64,000 bases of DNA from Octopus vulgaris (lineage: Eukaryota), in the NCBI GenBank assembly GCA_951406725.2, contig OX597820.1, positions 110,112,001 through 110,176,000 on the forward strand, written 5' to 3'. Position 1 is the first letter of the stretch; each line of letters opens with the position of its first letter. Below, one piece after another: positions 26,979-38,845 of the stretch. The notes under the pieces were generated by a model, which saw nothing but the letters and a program-made list of their open reading frames with translations, was not told the DNA's origin and made no database searches. The translations under genes were made by a program, and so were the position numbers.

Positions 26979-27725
26979 TTAACTTTTTTGCATTTCGTCT
27001 ATTTAAATACACTATTTACATTTCTCCCTCTGTCGAAAACTGATATGATACAGCCAGTAAGCCTTCATTACTAACAAATGAGAATTCAGCCATGCCACTG
27101 AGTGTTCATTCATTAAAAAAAGATATCCTAAAGTGGCTCAAGTTTTTTCACTCAACCTATTTTCTTCTACAGCTTTATTACACTGAAATGGGGTTTGTAA
27201 TTTCTGTCTATAAATTGACTTCCTTGTGTGATATAATACTGTTTCACTTTTAATTCTAATGTGATAAGACTATAATATTGTTTCACTTTATGTGTGTATG
27301 TTTGCACGTTCAATTCACATGAAATAGTAAAAAAAAAAAAATGCCATGACAATGACGACGTCACATATATGAGTGTGTATGTGTGTGGGTGTATGAGTGT
27401 GTGTGTGTTTCTGTGTTAGGTATGTTATTAAACACACATCTACACATACGTATACACATGTGACATCTGACATGCATGAATGCATATTTGTATGTGTCTT
27501 ACTATATTTATGTGACTGTATGTGAGAGTGTATATGTGTGTATCGTCACATTTTGTATATGAATGTGTCTGTGAGTGTGTGTGTCTTTGCACACCCATTA
27601 CATACATTATTAAACACACACATACATTTACATATACATCATATGTGACGTGAATGGCTGGAGGTGAAACTCTTGACAAAAACAATTACATGGAAGGTCC
27701 AAGTTATATAAAAATACACATAGAT

Positions 27726-28112
27726 GCAGGAGTGGCTGTGTGGTAAGTAGCTTGCTAACCAACCACATGGTTCCGGGTTCAGTCCCACTGCGTGGCACCT
27801 TGGGCAAGTGTCTTCTGCTATAGCCCCAGGCCGACCAAAGCCTTGTGAGTGGATTTGGTAGATGGAAACTGAAAGAAGCCTGTGATATATATATATGTAT
27901 GTGTGTGTTTGTGTGTCTGTGTTTGTCCCCCCAACATCGCTTGACAACCAATGCTGGTGTGTTTACGTCCCCGTAACTTAGCGGTTCGGCAATAGAGACC
28001 GATAGAATAAGTACTAGGCTTACAAAGAATAAGTCCCGGGGTCGATTTGCTCGACTAAAGGCGGTGCTCCAGCGTGGCCACAGTCAAATGATTGAAACAA
28101 GTAAATGAGAAA
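27726..28112 (+). mobile_element. tRNA-derived SINE, well-preserved copy
   Basis: A-box TGGCTGTGTGG, B-box GGTTCAGTCC, central microsatellite; five copies in the window. Confidence 0.9.
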
Positions 28113-28381
28113 GTATGTGCCATTCAATTAACAGTTCATCATCATCGCAGAAGTTGCAAGGTTCCAAGGTATTTACAATTTGCTTATATTTGATTAATTT
28201 ATACTGCATACAAAAATATAGACAAACTATATACAACTGCTTACAAAAATAGAGATTAATGTATATTTTTTTCTATGTTCATAATTTTTTGTTTAAAATA
28301 TTGAAAAAAAGTATGCCATCAAAGAAAAAACGTAATGTCTGCAGAAAACTGAAGGGGAGAATCTCAAATCATAAGGGACAT

Positions 28382-28625
28382 GAGACTTTCTTAATATCAG
28401 CAATGGCATGCTGCAGCACGTCAAGTACAGTCTCAAGAGAAAAGGGAGAGGAGACTTTCTCAACATCAGCAAAGGCATGCTGCAGCTCATCTGATGGAGT
28501 CTGAAGAGAAAAGGGAGAGGAGACTTTCTCAACATCAGCAAAGGCATGCTGCAGCTCATCTGATGGAGTCTGAAGAGAAAAGAGAGAGAGGAGACTTTCT
28601 CAAGATCAGCAACGTCTAGCACGCC
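28382..28625 (+). repeat. 69-bp tandem repeat (~3.5 units) encoding a 23-aa STPR-like repeat
   Basis: Units start at 28382, 28451, 28520 and 28591; reads ESEEKRERRLSQHQQRHAAAHLM. Confidence 0.8.
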
Positions 28626-28791
28626 AGATTATTCAGAGGTCCAATAGAATAGCTCTCAGAAACAGATGTACAAATTCGTTCTTCATAACACTTATTATAA
28701 ATTGTCATTTATACAAAGCTTTAAAATTTACTCCACAAATGTTTTGTTATCAATGCAGCACTTTCCTGTATCAGCTGTTTCAAGATAACTG

Positions 28792-28832
<41 letters not shown>

Positions 28833-28836
<4 letters not shown>

Positions 28837-29700
28837 TATTATCAATAATAATAAAGGGTAAAATTAATTAATTAATTAATTAATAATTGATAATTCCACC
28901 AAGTAGTATTCGGCATGTTAAAAGGACCATTTTCGGTAAACTTAAACAATATTATAATTAGGGTTCAGCAAAAAAATTTTTCTTCACCAAATACTGAACT
29001 TTAGAAATAGCAGCCAAAGAACTTAGCTATTTCTCTTCTACTATAAGAAACTCGGTAAACTTAAACAATATTTTTTATAATTATAGGGTTCAGCAAAAAA
29101 ATTTGCTTCACCACATACCAAACTTTAGAAATGGTCCTTTTAACATGCCGAATACTACTTGGTGGAATTATTAATTATTAATTAATTAATTTTACCCTTT
29201 ATTATTATTGATAATATAATTCTCTCCCTGATAATAAACTACAGTTTTTTCTGTAGAATTTTTTACTCGACAACACACGTGGATGGGTGAGGGAGAATAC
29301 GAGACCTTATTTGTATGTTTTGAATTCGTTGGTACTGGTCATTGGATATAGTTTGTCTGATACTACTTGAATCGGATAGGTATGTTCAATTTTTTTCAGT
29401 GCTCTCAAATTAAAAATCTAAGAAGAAAATGATCGAATAGAAATGTGATTTTTGCATTTTTCATATCGATCTAATTCCGAAACGCGTCCACAGGTAATCA
29501 AATACCGAGTGAATTTCGTTGTTTTTCTTCTCTGCCTTTGTGAATTATTTTGAGTATATGTTGTCCGGGAGTTTCTTCTTATAGTAGAAGAAATAGCTAA
29601 GTTCTTTCGCTGCTATTTCTAAAGTTCGGTATGTGGTGAAGCAAATTTTTTTGCTGAACCCTAATTATAATTATACTCATAATTATAAAAAATATTTTAT
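28833..29700. repeat. Scrambled insert with two interleaved inverted repeats, flanked by (TA)n
   Basis: 28833-28932 is inverted at 29128-29220; ~28950-29052 is inverted at ~29570-29672; partial direct repeat at 29052-29130. Confidence 0.8.
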
Positions 29701-30726
29701 ATATATATACACATACAAACTATGCTATTTTAATCCCGAGCAATGCCGGGTGTCTCTGCTAGTCTGTTCAGCCTGCAAATTTTCTTAAAGGAAAATTTGC
29801 AAGCTGTGAGTTTTTGGTTCTATATATATTTAAGAGTGTTTTAATTGGTTTGTTGTCACAGATTAATGTTGTTTTCTTGCTCTGTTTTTGAATTTTATTC
29901 TGGCTTCTGATGCATTACTATTTCTATAGTTTTGCATTACTGGTTTAAGGTTTGGATAACCACTACCTCTTCAGTATTTCTTCTTACTTTGAGAGATTCT
30001 TTAGTGTAGGTCTCTATAAGATTGAGAGCTTGGAGGAGATCTCTTTTAGTTCTTTTTGAATCTCTAGGTTCAACATGTCATTTTGGTCAGGCTTTTGTGG
30101 CATTTTTGTTCGTGTGGCAAGTATATATAGAAAACAAAGTTATTTTATTATGCACAAGTAGAAATATAGAAAAAAGGAAGTTGAAAACAGGAGCCTTTTA
30201 GGATATTTCTATTTAAAGGTTTAACCAGCTTTACAGATTTTTTCTGATTTTCAAAAGTTAAGTGAGATAGAAAGACACAACTGTTTTGCTTCTGACTGGA
30301 GTTCAAAAATTAGAGAGACCATCGCTCAAATTAGTATCTGTTTTGGATACAATTTGATTGGCAGAGGATGATCATGTAACTAGGCTTAGAAATTTTTGTA
30401 AGCTCCCTGTTATGTCCATGTCATGTGACAGTAGTTTTTGCACTGAAAGTTAAGGCTGACATTGTTGAACAAGTGTGTCTAGTGACTGTCTCAAACAATC
30501 AAGGCTCTCTAAATTTAATCTGTTAAGTGGTAAAGTGGACAGAGGTTGTTTGTATGTAGTCCAGTGGCCGAATGGTTATGATTTGTATGTATGTTGGCAT
30601 AAAATTTTGTTCTCCACTAAATTTGTGTGTTGTCTAAAAGCTAAGATTTTTTTTTCTCTCATTTTTCTTTCGTCCCCTTGCACTTCATTCGCCACTAATA
30701 CCTATAATGTATTATACACTAACAGC

Positions 30727-30935
30727 TCTCTTTTACTTGTTTCAGTCATTTGACTGCGGGCATGCTGGAGCACCACCTTTAGTCGAGCAAATCGACCCCG
30801 GGACTTATTCTTTGTAAGCCCAGTACTTATTCTATCGGTCTCTTTTGCCGAGCCGCTAAGTGACAGGGATGTAAACACACCAGCATCGGTTGTCAAGCAA
30901 TGCTAGGGGGACAAACACAGACACACAAACACATA

Positions 30936-30969
<34 letters not shown>

Positions 30970-31127
30970 CGACGGGCTTCTTTCAGTTTCCGTCTACCAA
31001 ATCCACTCACAAGGCTTTGGTTGGCTCGGGGCTATAGCAGAAGACACTTTCCCAAGATGCCAAGCTGTGGGACTGAACCCGGAACTATGTGGTTGGTTAG
31101 CAAGCTACTTACCACACAGCCACTCCT
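30727..31127 (-). mobile_element. tRNA-derived SINE
   Basis: Reverse complement of the 27726-28112 family. Confidence 0.9.
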
Positions 31128-31199
31128 CATGTTTTTTCATTGAAAATGTCCCCTCAAATATAATTTTAATTTTAGTCCTATCTTGTAATTGTTAAGATA

Positions 31200-34100
31200 A
31201 TTATTCGTTTCTATTCATTTATCCTCATTTCTCAATTCACATTCATTCTTATCCCCATAAAACTTTGCTTCCTTAATTCTTCTCGTTCTTAGTTCCATAT
31301 TTTGTCTTGCTTGCTCGCGGTGTGCCCGCCCTTTCCCACCCACACCACCAATACCGGATACCTCTATCTTCGCACCGTTTACACCGGAAATCCCTTCTCC
31401 CTCCACCATTACCTGTGTCTATTCTTGCAACCACTCCTACTCAACAGGCTATCCTCATATATTACCTGCACTTCTCTCTCTCCTAGGACGAATGCGGCCA
31501 GTGCAGCTGCTCATCAACCCACCCTCTTAACTAGTTACCTTATGTTTCGTTCTGTTTAGAAATCTGTCACTAACCCTACCAGTTATCTCTTCTCCCAGTT
31601 CCCCCTCCTCACTGGTGCTATCTTAAGTTTCTTCCTGTCTAGAAATTTGTCATCACTCCTACCAGTTATAGTTTCTCCTAACTCCCCCTCCTCACTGGTG
31701 CTGTCCCCTATATTACCTGCACTCTCTCTTTCTCCATCTCTCCCTCTCTCTCTCTCTCTACCTGCCCCCTCCCCATATTACCCGCACTCTTTTTTTCTCC
31801 ATCTCTCCTTCTCCCTCTCTACCTGCCCCCTCTCTCTACCTATCTCTTCCAATATTTCTCTACTGTAACAAGCGCAACCAGGTTTGGCTATATTTCGTTC
31901 CGTTTTCGTTGTCTAGAAATATGCCAACAACTACCCATTTCCTTGGCCCTGGGAAGTAAATGTAAAAGCTATTCGGCTGTCCATGCATGCTTGTTCCTGT
32001 GTGTGTTTGCGCTTGTTTTCTCTCTCTCTCTGTCTGAACCTTTCCCCACTGGTGGTACCCTCCATATACCTGCAATCCCCATCTACATGGACAAATGCGA
32101 CCGGCTTTCAGCTGCCCCCTCCCTCCCCCTGGAAGATCCATATTTCTGCTACACCGCTAAAATCTACTTCATTCAATAACCTTAACGCTTATGCTTACAA
32201 CGCTGCTAACACCGGCTCCTACACCCAGTAGGGGCAGCAATTTAACATGCTTGAACGCTTGAATGTTGTCAGGTCGGAAGTTTTCAGAGTTGGCACGGTC
32301 AATGTTGGCACACTGAAAAGTAAGTCTAGTGAGATTGTAGAGATGCTTGAAAGGAGACGGGTTGATGTATGCTGCATACAAGAGGTAAGATGAAGAGAGG
32401 AGCTTCAGCTAGGGTCCTCACAGGCAAGGCACATAGGTATAAAGTCTTCTGGCAAGGTAACATGAACCCTTCATATGGTCAGAGATTTAGGGACATCCTA
32501 TATGTCAGACATATAAGGTAGCTGGAAATTCTTACGGGACAGCTTGCTGAGTGCTACAGACCAAGTCTGTAGATGGTGCAAAGTCCCTTCCAGACCTAGA
32601 GTTACATGGTGGTGGAATAGAATGGTAGACAAAGCCGTTAGGGCAAAGAAACAGGCCTGGAAAGCCTGGAAGGGTGGGGGTAGCAGGGAATGGTACCAGG
32701 TAACCAGAAGGGAGGCTGGGCGGCAGGTATACATAGCCAAGAGTGAAGCAGAAGAGAAGTTTGCCAACGTCCAGAGACTTGAGGACCAAAGAACTTAGGT
32801 ATTTCGGATTGCAAGACAGTGTGTGAGAGAAAATTGTGATGTTACAAGAGAGAAATGTGCTCCGCATGGATGATGGGGCACTTGCTTTTAGTGATTCTGA
32901 AAAGAAAGAAGCTTGGAGAAGCCATTATGAAAGACTGCTGAATGTGGAGAATGAATGGGGGGAGGAGAGCCTTCCAAATGTTGACCCAGTAGAGGGACCA
33001 GCTATCTGAATAGACAGCTCCCTGGTCAATAAAGCGATTAAGGCTATGAAGCCAGGAAATCACTGCTGAGATGCTTAAAACAGCTGGTTATGTGGGCTAT
33101 GGGCTAGTCACCTGCATTGTAAACCGGGTAGTTCATGATGGAGTCATACCCAATGACTGGCGTAGCAGCACCATAGTTAACTGCTACAAGGGTAAAGGTG
33201 ATGCTCTAAATAGGAATAACTACAGGGGTATTAAACTGCTGGATCAGGTGATGAAGGTCATAGAGAGGGTCATAGTCCATCTCATTAGAGAGAGAGTCTG
33301 CTTAGATGAGATGCAGTTTGGTTTTTTTCCAAGTAGAAGCACCACTGATGCCATATTCCTGGTTCGACAATTGCAGGAGAAATACCTAGCTAAAGATAAA
33401 CCCCTCTACATAGCTTTTGTGGACTTGGAGAATGCCTTTGACAGGGTCCCCCAATCCCTTATCTGGTGGGCAATGCAGAAACTGGAGATTGACGAATGGT
33501 TGATAAGGGCTGTACAGGCCTTATACAGAGAGGCCGTTTGTAAGGTTAGGATTGGCAACGAGTATAGTGAAGAATTCTGGGTAGAAGTATAGCTCCACCA
33601 AGGTCCAGCCCTTAGTCCCCTTTCATCATAGTCCTCCAGGCAATAACAGAGGAATTCAAAACGGGTTTCCCCTGGGAGCTCCTCTATGCTGATGACCTGG
33701 CCCTCATAGCAGAATCACTACCGGAACTAGAAAAGAAATTTCGGGTGTGGAAACTAGGTTTAGAATCAAAGGGCCTTAGAGTAGCAAAGACCAAAGTTAT
33801 AGTAAGCAGAAAGGCGAACTCATCACACACACCCTCGGGCAGGTGACCCTGCTCGATCTGTAGAAAAGGTGTAGGTAGAAACTCCATTAGATGTACCCAG
33901 TGTAAGCTATGGACGCATAAGAGGTGCAGCAATATCAAAGGAAAATTAACTGATAAGATAGCTTTCATGTGCGGCAGATGCACAGGGGCAATAAACACCA
34001 CAGATACTCAGAAAACAGATTCCATCACACTCCAGGGGAAGAAACTAGAAGTAGTTGATAGTTTCCACTACCTAGGCGACCAAGTTAGTAGTGGAGGCTG

Positions 34101-34961
34101 ATGCTCAGAGAGTGTCACCACTAGAATACGAATAACCGGGGCAAAGTTTAAAAAGCTCCTACCCCTACTGGTGACAAAGGGTCTCTTGCTCAGAGTGAAA
34201 GGTAGATTGTACAATGCATGTGTGCGAATTGCCATGCTTCACGGTAGTGAAACATGGGCTGTGACTGCAGAGGACATGTGTAGACTTGAAAGAAATGAAG
34301 TTAGCATGATCCGCTGGATGTGTAATGTCAGTGTGAATGCACGACAGAGTGTAAGTGCCCTGAGAGAAATGCTGGACATAAGAAGCATCAGATGTGGTGT
34401 GCAAGAGAGATGTTTGCGCTGGTATGGTCATGTACTGCGGATGGATGAGGAGAGATGTGTGAAGAAGTGCCACTCCCAAACAGTTGAAGGTATCAGGGGA
34501 AGAGGTAAACCCAGGAAGACATGGGACGAGGTAGTCAAGCATGACCTCAGAATGTTGGTGGCACATGACCGGCTGTGCTTGAGACCTATTGAGTCAAGTA
34601 CATCAACATCAAAATAAATTTCAAATGGAAATTGTAGTTGTGATACCTGTACCAGTGGCACTTAAAAAGCACCATCTGAACGTGGCCGATGCCAGCGCCA
34701 CCTTGACTGGCTTCTGTGCCGGTGGCACGTAAAAAGCACCAACCGATTGTGACCGCTGCCAGCCACCCTTGGCACCTGTGCTGGTGGCACGTAAAAAGCA
34801 CCCACTACACTCACAGAATGGTTGGCGTTAAGAAGGGCACCCAGCTGTAGAAACACTGCCAGATCAGACTGGAGCCTGGTGAAGCCTCCTGGCTTCCCAG
34901 ATCCCAGTCGAACCGTCCAACCCGTGCTAACACAGAAAATGGACGTTAAACGATGATGATG
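31200..34961 (+). mobile_element. RTE LINE with long 5'UTR, internal APE deletion, RT and PHD finger
   Basis: APE start at ~32280 (RVGTVNVGTL) jumps to the linker at ~32460; RT 33071-33592 (QFGF..STTDAIF, FVDLENAFDRV); LLYADD at ~33680; PHD at 33847-33981; (GAT)n tail; 5' limit approximate. Confidence 0.9.
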
Positions 34962-35987
34962 TCCTATGAGAAAAAGTTACGATTGTACATAAAGTTTAGG
35001 TTGTTAGCTGCGTGAATTCAACATGTGATGTGGTAGAATGAGTTTGTGTGAGTAGTTGTTGGTGAATGTACTTTGTTAAAGTTTATTCAGTTGTGATTTG
35101 TATTTTTGTATGAATCCCCTGCTTTTCATCAATTGAGAAAAATGTCTATAAGAAATGGGTGGTTTCTGCTAATCTTAATGTTGTTGATTTTTAGCTCTTG
35201 TCACTTTTAATTGAGTTGACTTATAAAAAGTAATCTAGATGCAATTATTTTTTTCAGTCATAGGTTATTTAGAACTACATTACCCAATGTATCTTGCCTC
35301 TTTGTTTGTCAAGATAATGTGATGTAATTTGAGGAAAATTTGGCCGCTATTTTAAAAAAGTCAAGTAACTACATATACCAGGGATGGAGACAGGGAACCT
35401 TTTCAGTACCATAGCTGAATTGCAGATGCATAAGATGCAGTGGAGTGCATGTTCTGTGCTCAGAAATATAAATAATCTTTAATTTTACAAACTACAAAAA
35501 AATCTACAAAAAATCAGTGCCTGATTTCCTTACCCCTGACATAGAAGCTTCCTTGTTGGTTTTCCTCTATCTCTACTTGACATTACTAGCACAGAAGATG
35601 ATTGACTGCATGTCACACTATATAAAACATGGGATTTAATAGAGTGGTGTTATGTTGATCCACCCCTATACTGTAATATACTGTAATATTGACTCATTCA
35701 TCTCTATGATGTAATATAAATTCATTCACTCCTGTACTTGGCTCTCTAAAAATTCATACACACACATGTTTTTCTTGCAGCTGTCAACTTGTCCAAGAGA
35801 AAGGCTAACAGCATCGATGTAGCCAGTCTCAAAAGAGGACCTACCAAAGCCATGGCCACCATTACCCCTTCATTTAGAACAAACCCTTAAAGAAAATATA
35901 TTTTAAAATGCAAAGAAAATGCTGAGAAAATTGGCATATAAATAAAAGTGCCAATAATTATAATATGATTTGTATTTTCATTTCCAG

Positions 35988-36099
35988 ACATTAACATCTT
36001 ACAAAAAAGTTGAAGCACAACTGAACATCAGTGAGGAATTTGCAAATAATACCATTTATCAGAGACACATTGGTTATTCTGATGGAAGCAACATACTTG
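35988..36099 (+). CDS. Internal coding exon of a probable SLC1/EAAT-family glutamate transporter (TM3-TM4 extracellular loop)
   Basis: Acceptor TTTTCATTTCCAG|, donor G|GTGAGT, 112 bp, phase 0 to 1, open frame TLTSYKKVEAQLNISEEFANNTIYQRHIGYSDGSNIL(G); two N-glycosylation sequons; DG.N.LG matches EAAT DGMNVLG. Confidence 0.75.
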
Positions 36100-36721
36100 G
36101 TGAGTCATAACAAATATCTAATATATATGGTACACATCACCATAGCCTAGGTGGTAAGCTTCTGGCATACTGAGTGAACTATACTGATTCAATTTTTGAT
36201 TGTGACTCTTACACTGCAATTGATCTTGCAGGACACAGTAAGGCTGTCTGTCAAATTTGTAATTTTAAAAATAATCATTCCTTATATCAGTACAATGTCA
36301 TTTGTTTCCAAAGTGAGTAGGTATTGTTAATTACTGATACTTAATGTTAAACACTAGAATACAAGTAGACTACTCATTGAATCAGTTTCATAAAGTTTTA
36401 AAATTTTCGTATTAAATGTATAATGTAAGGAGAAGAGGATTTGTAGTGTTTTAAGAAAAGCACTTCTCTTGTTTAACATTCTAAAAAAAAAGGTCTTACT
36501 TAAAATATTGGAATTCTTTTCTATCACAGAACACTAATAGATATTTTTAAAATTTTGTCATTACTACCAATTTTATTGGCCCTGGAAGGATGAAAAGTAA
36601 AGCCAAACCCAGAAAGATTTGTACTGAGAAAGTAAAGAGGTGTGGTTCCAGACTCAGTCTTACTATGTAGAATATGATGCAGGTGTCTTGAGTTGACCAG
36701 TGCTTTATTCTTTCATTCTTA

Positions 36722-37078
36722 TATCCTTTTACTTGTTTCAGTCATTTGACTGCAGCCATGCTGGAGCACTGCCTTTAGTTGAACAAATCGACCCCAGGAC
36801 TTTTCTTTGTAAGCCTAGTACTTATTCTATCAGTTTCTTTTGCCGAACTGGTAAGTTAAGGGATGTAAACACACCAACATCGGTTGTCAAGTGATAGTGG
36901 GGAGGGACAAGCAAATACACACACACGTATATACAAGCTTCTTTCAATTTCCATCTACTCACAAGTCTTTGGTTGGCCCAAGGCTATAGTAGAAGACACT
37001 TGCCAAAAGTGCCACGCAGTGGGACTGAAACCAGAACCATGTGGTTGGGAAGCAAGCTTCTTACCACACAGCCATGCT
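36722..37078 (-). mobile_element. tRNA-derived SINE
   Basis: Reverse complement of the 27726-28112 family, more diverged. Confidence 0.8.
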
Positions 37079-37644
37079 GTGCTTATGAATGGAATTTGAT
37101 ATATAAAAAAACTGTAGAAGTCTGATGTATGTGTGTCTGTATCAATGTAAAATGATGCATCAGGTTGTGTCTCTTCCTGTCGAAAAGTAACTTAATCTCA
37201 CTAGTACTGGTACCACAAAAATATTGGTTGGCATAAGGAAGAACATCCTACAATAGAAATGATGCCAAAACAGACACATGATGCAGATTTCAGATGCATC
37301 AGATGTTTATGATGAAGATGATGATGATGATGATATGTAAAATTACATACTACATATGGAATTTCATGGTCATGTCTGAACCAGTGTCTCATAATCTTGG
37401 TGATTAAGTTTACTGGATTTATATTTATATTGGTCAAGCACATTTAGTGCTTGACTCAACAAAATGTTGGATCAAGCTCAATTGAGCCTAGGCTATAATT
37501 CTGTAATCTTGCTGCGCATTAGAAATACCAATTCTTTCAGTTTTTAATTTCCATTAACTTTCTTAAACTTGGTTGAAATTGCTTTTACTTTATGTTAAAA
37601 TATTCATTGTATTATAACCTTTATTTTCAATTCTTTTCTACTGG

Positions 37645-37848
37645 AAGCATAAGGCCTCAAACTTTTGGGGAAGGGATTAAGTCGATTACGTCGACCCCTA
37701 GTACATAACTGGTGCAAATTTTATCGCCCTTGAAAGGATGAAAGGCAAAGTTGACCTCAGTGGAATTCAAACTCAAAACCTAACGGCAGGCAAAATGCCG
37801 CTACACATTTCGCTCGGTGTGCTAATGATTCTGCCAGCTCGCTGCCTT
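37645..37848 (+). mobile_element. SINE of a second family (MetaSINE-like core)
   Basis: TTTTATCGCCCTTGAAAGGATGAAAGGCAAAGTTGACCTC core; related relic at ~36560-36630; it splits a repeat that is contiguous at 40020-40260. Confidence 0.55.
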
Positions 37849-38038
37849 ATAATTATAATAATAATAAAATCGTTTTAACATTATTTACTCAAGAACCTCT
37901 TCATATTCACATTTTTCTCTCTATTTTACTCTTACTTATCCTCTCCCACTTTTCTTCTATCTATGTTTGTTTGTTTACTCTCTCCTATTTATTCTCTTCC
38001 CCTTCCTGTCAGTCATCCCCTCTTTGTGTGTCTATCTT

Positions 38039-38075
<37 letters not shown>

Positions 38076-38845
38076 CTATCTCTTTCTGTCTGTCTTTTTC
38101 TCTCTGTCTTTCCCTCTGTTTCTTCTGTTTCCTTTTCTCTCTCCCACTCTTCCTCTTTCTATGTTTGTTTGCTCTCTTTTCAACTTATTCTCCTTCCCTT
38201 TCTGTCAATTCTGTATCAATCCTGTCTATCTGAGTCCTCTCCTCTCTATATATATCGATCTTTCTGTCTCTCTTTCTCTCTTTCTCTGTTTTTCTCTCTC
38301 TTTCTGTCTTTTTGTTTGCATTTCCCTATTACTCTGCTGTAACTTCCTCTCTTGCTCTCACATTTCTTCCTCTATCTCCCAAACATGCTTCACTGTCCTT
38401 TCTTTCTTGTCTACTCTGCCTATTCCTCTCCATCTTACAACACCTGCTCATGTCTTCTCTCTGCTTATATCTTGTCTCTTCTTTCCAGTGATCATTGTTA
38501 GGTCAAATTTATGCCTGAATTCTCGTTAATTCATTAAATTAGTACTTATCTTCCTTTTCACTGGGTTCAAGGGCAACATGAGTAGCATGAACAGATGGAC
38601 ATACAGGTATTATTATGTGAGACAATGTGGTTGCTTGATCTGTTAAAAATAGCAGCTAGATTGCTCTCATATCACTTCCTACTTTCTCCTAGAAAAGATG
38701 CATTTGATGATGTATTTCTAGATGTACTGTATCAGAAAAACAGAATGGCTGGTCAAGCTGAAACATCTTTGATCATAGTTCTGCTAGCTCAAGAGTGGTC
38801 TGGGGTTGAATAATCAGATATGTTTTATGTCCAAAGTAATGTATA

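Larger units (their letters stand above)
26312..29762 (+). mobile_element. Internally deleted Helitron carrying secondary insertions
   Basis: 5' TATATAT..GTGTGTCTG..TTTTCAACTGATTTTCATCAAACTT resembles the other Helitron 5' ends; 3' hairpin CCCGAGCAATGCCGGG then CTAG|T at 29735-29763; RepHel-like N-terminal repeats at 28313-28630. That both ends belong to one element is inferred. Confidence 0.65.

Noticed and set aside
27726-27800. tRNA-like A/B boxes (also 12905, 15695)
   Set aside because: These are SINE heads continuing into SINE body or tail, with no full cloverleaf
28382-28625. Regularly spaced repeats as a possible CRISPR array
   Set aside because: Head-to-tail units with no unique spacers, eukaryotic context and no cas genes
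35767-35890. Strong acceptor-like TTTTTCTTGCAG ~200 bp upstream of the EAAT-like exon
   Set aside because: The phase-0 frame stops after 13 codons, there is no convincing donor and no SLC1 similarity; cannot be supported without RNA data
37963-38529. 188-aa hydrophobic ORF resembling a membrane protein
   Set aside because: Translation of a (CT)-rich low-complexity tract that is open in all three frames
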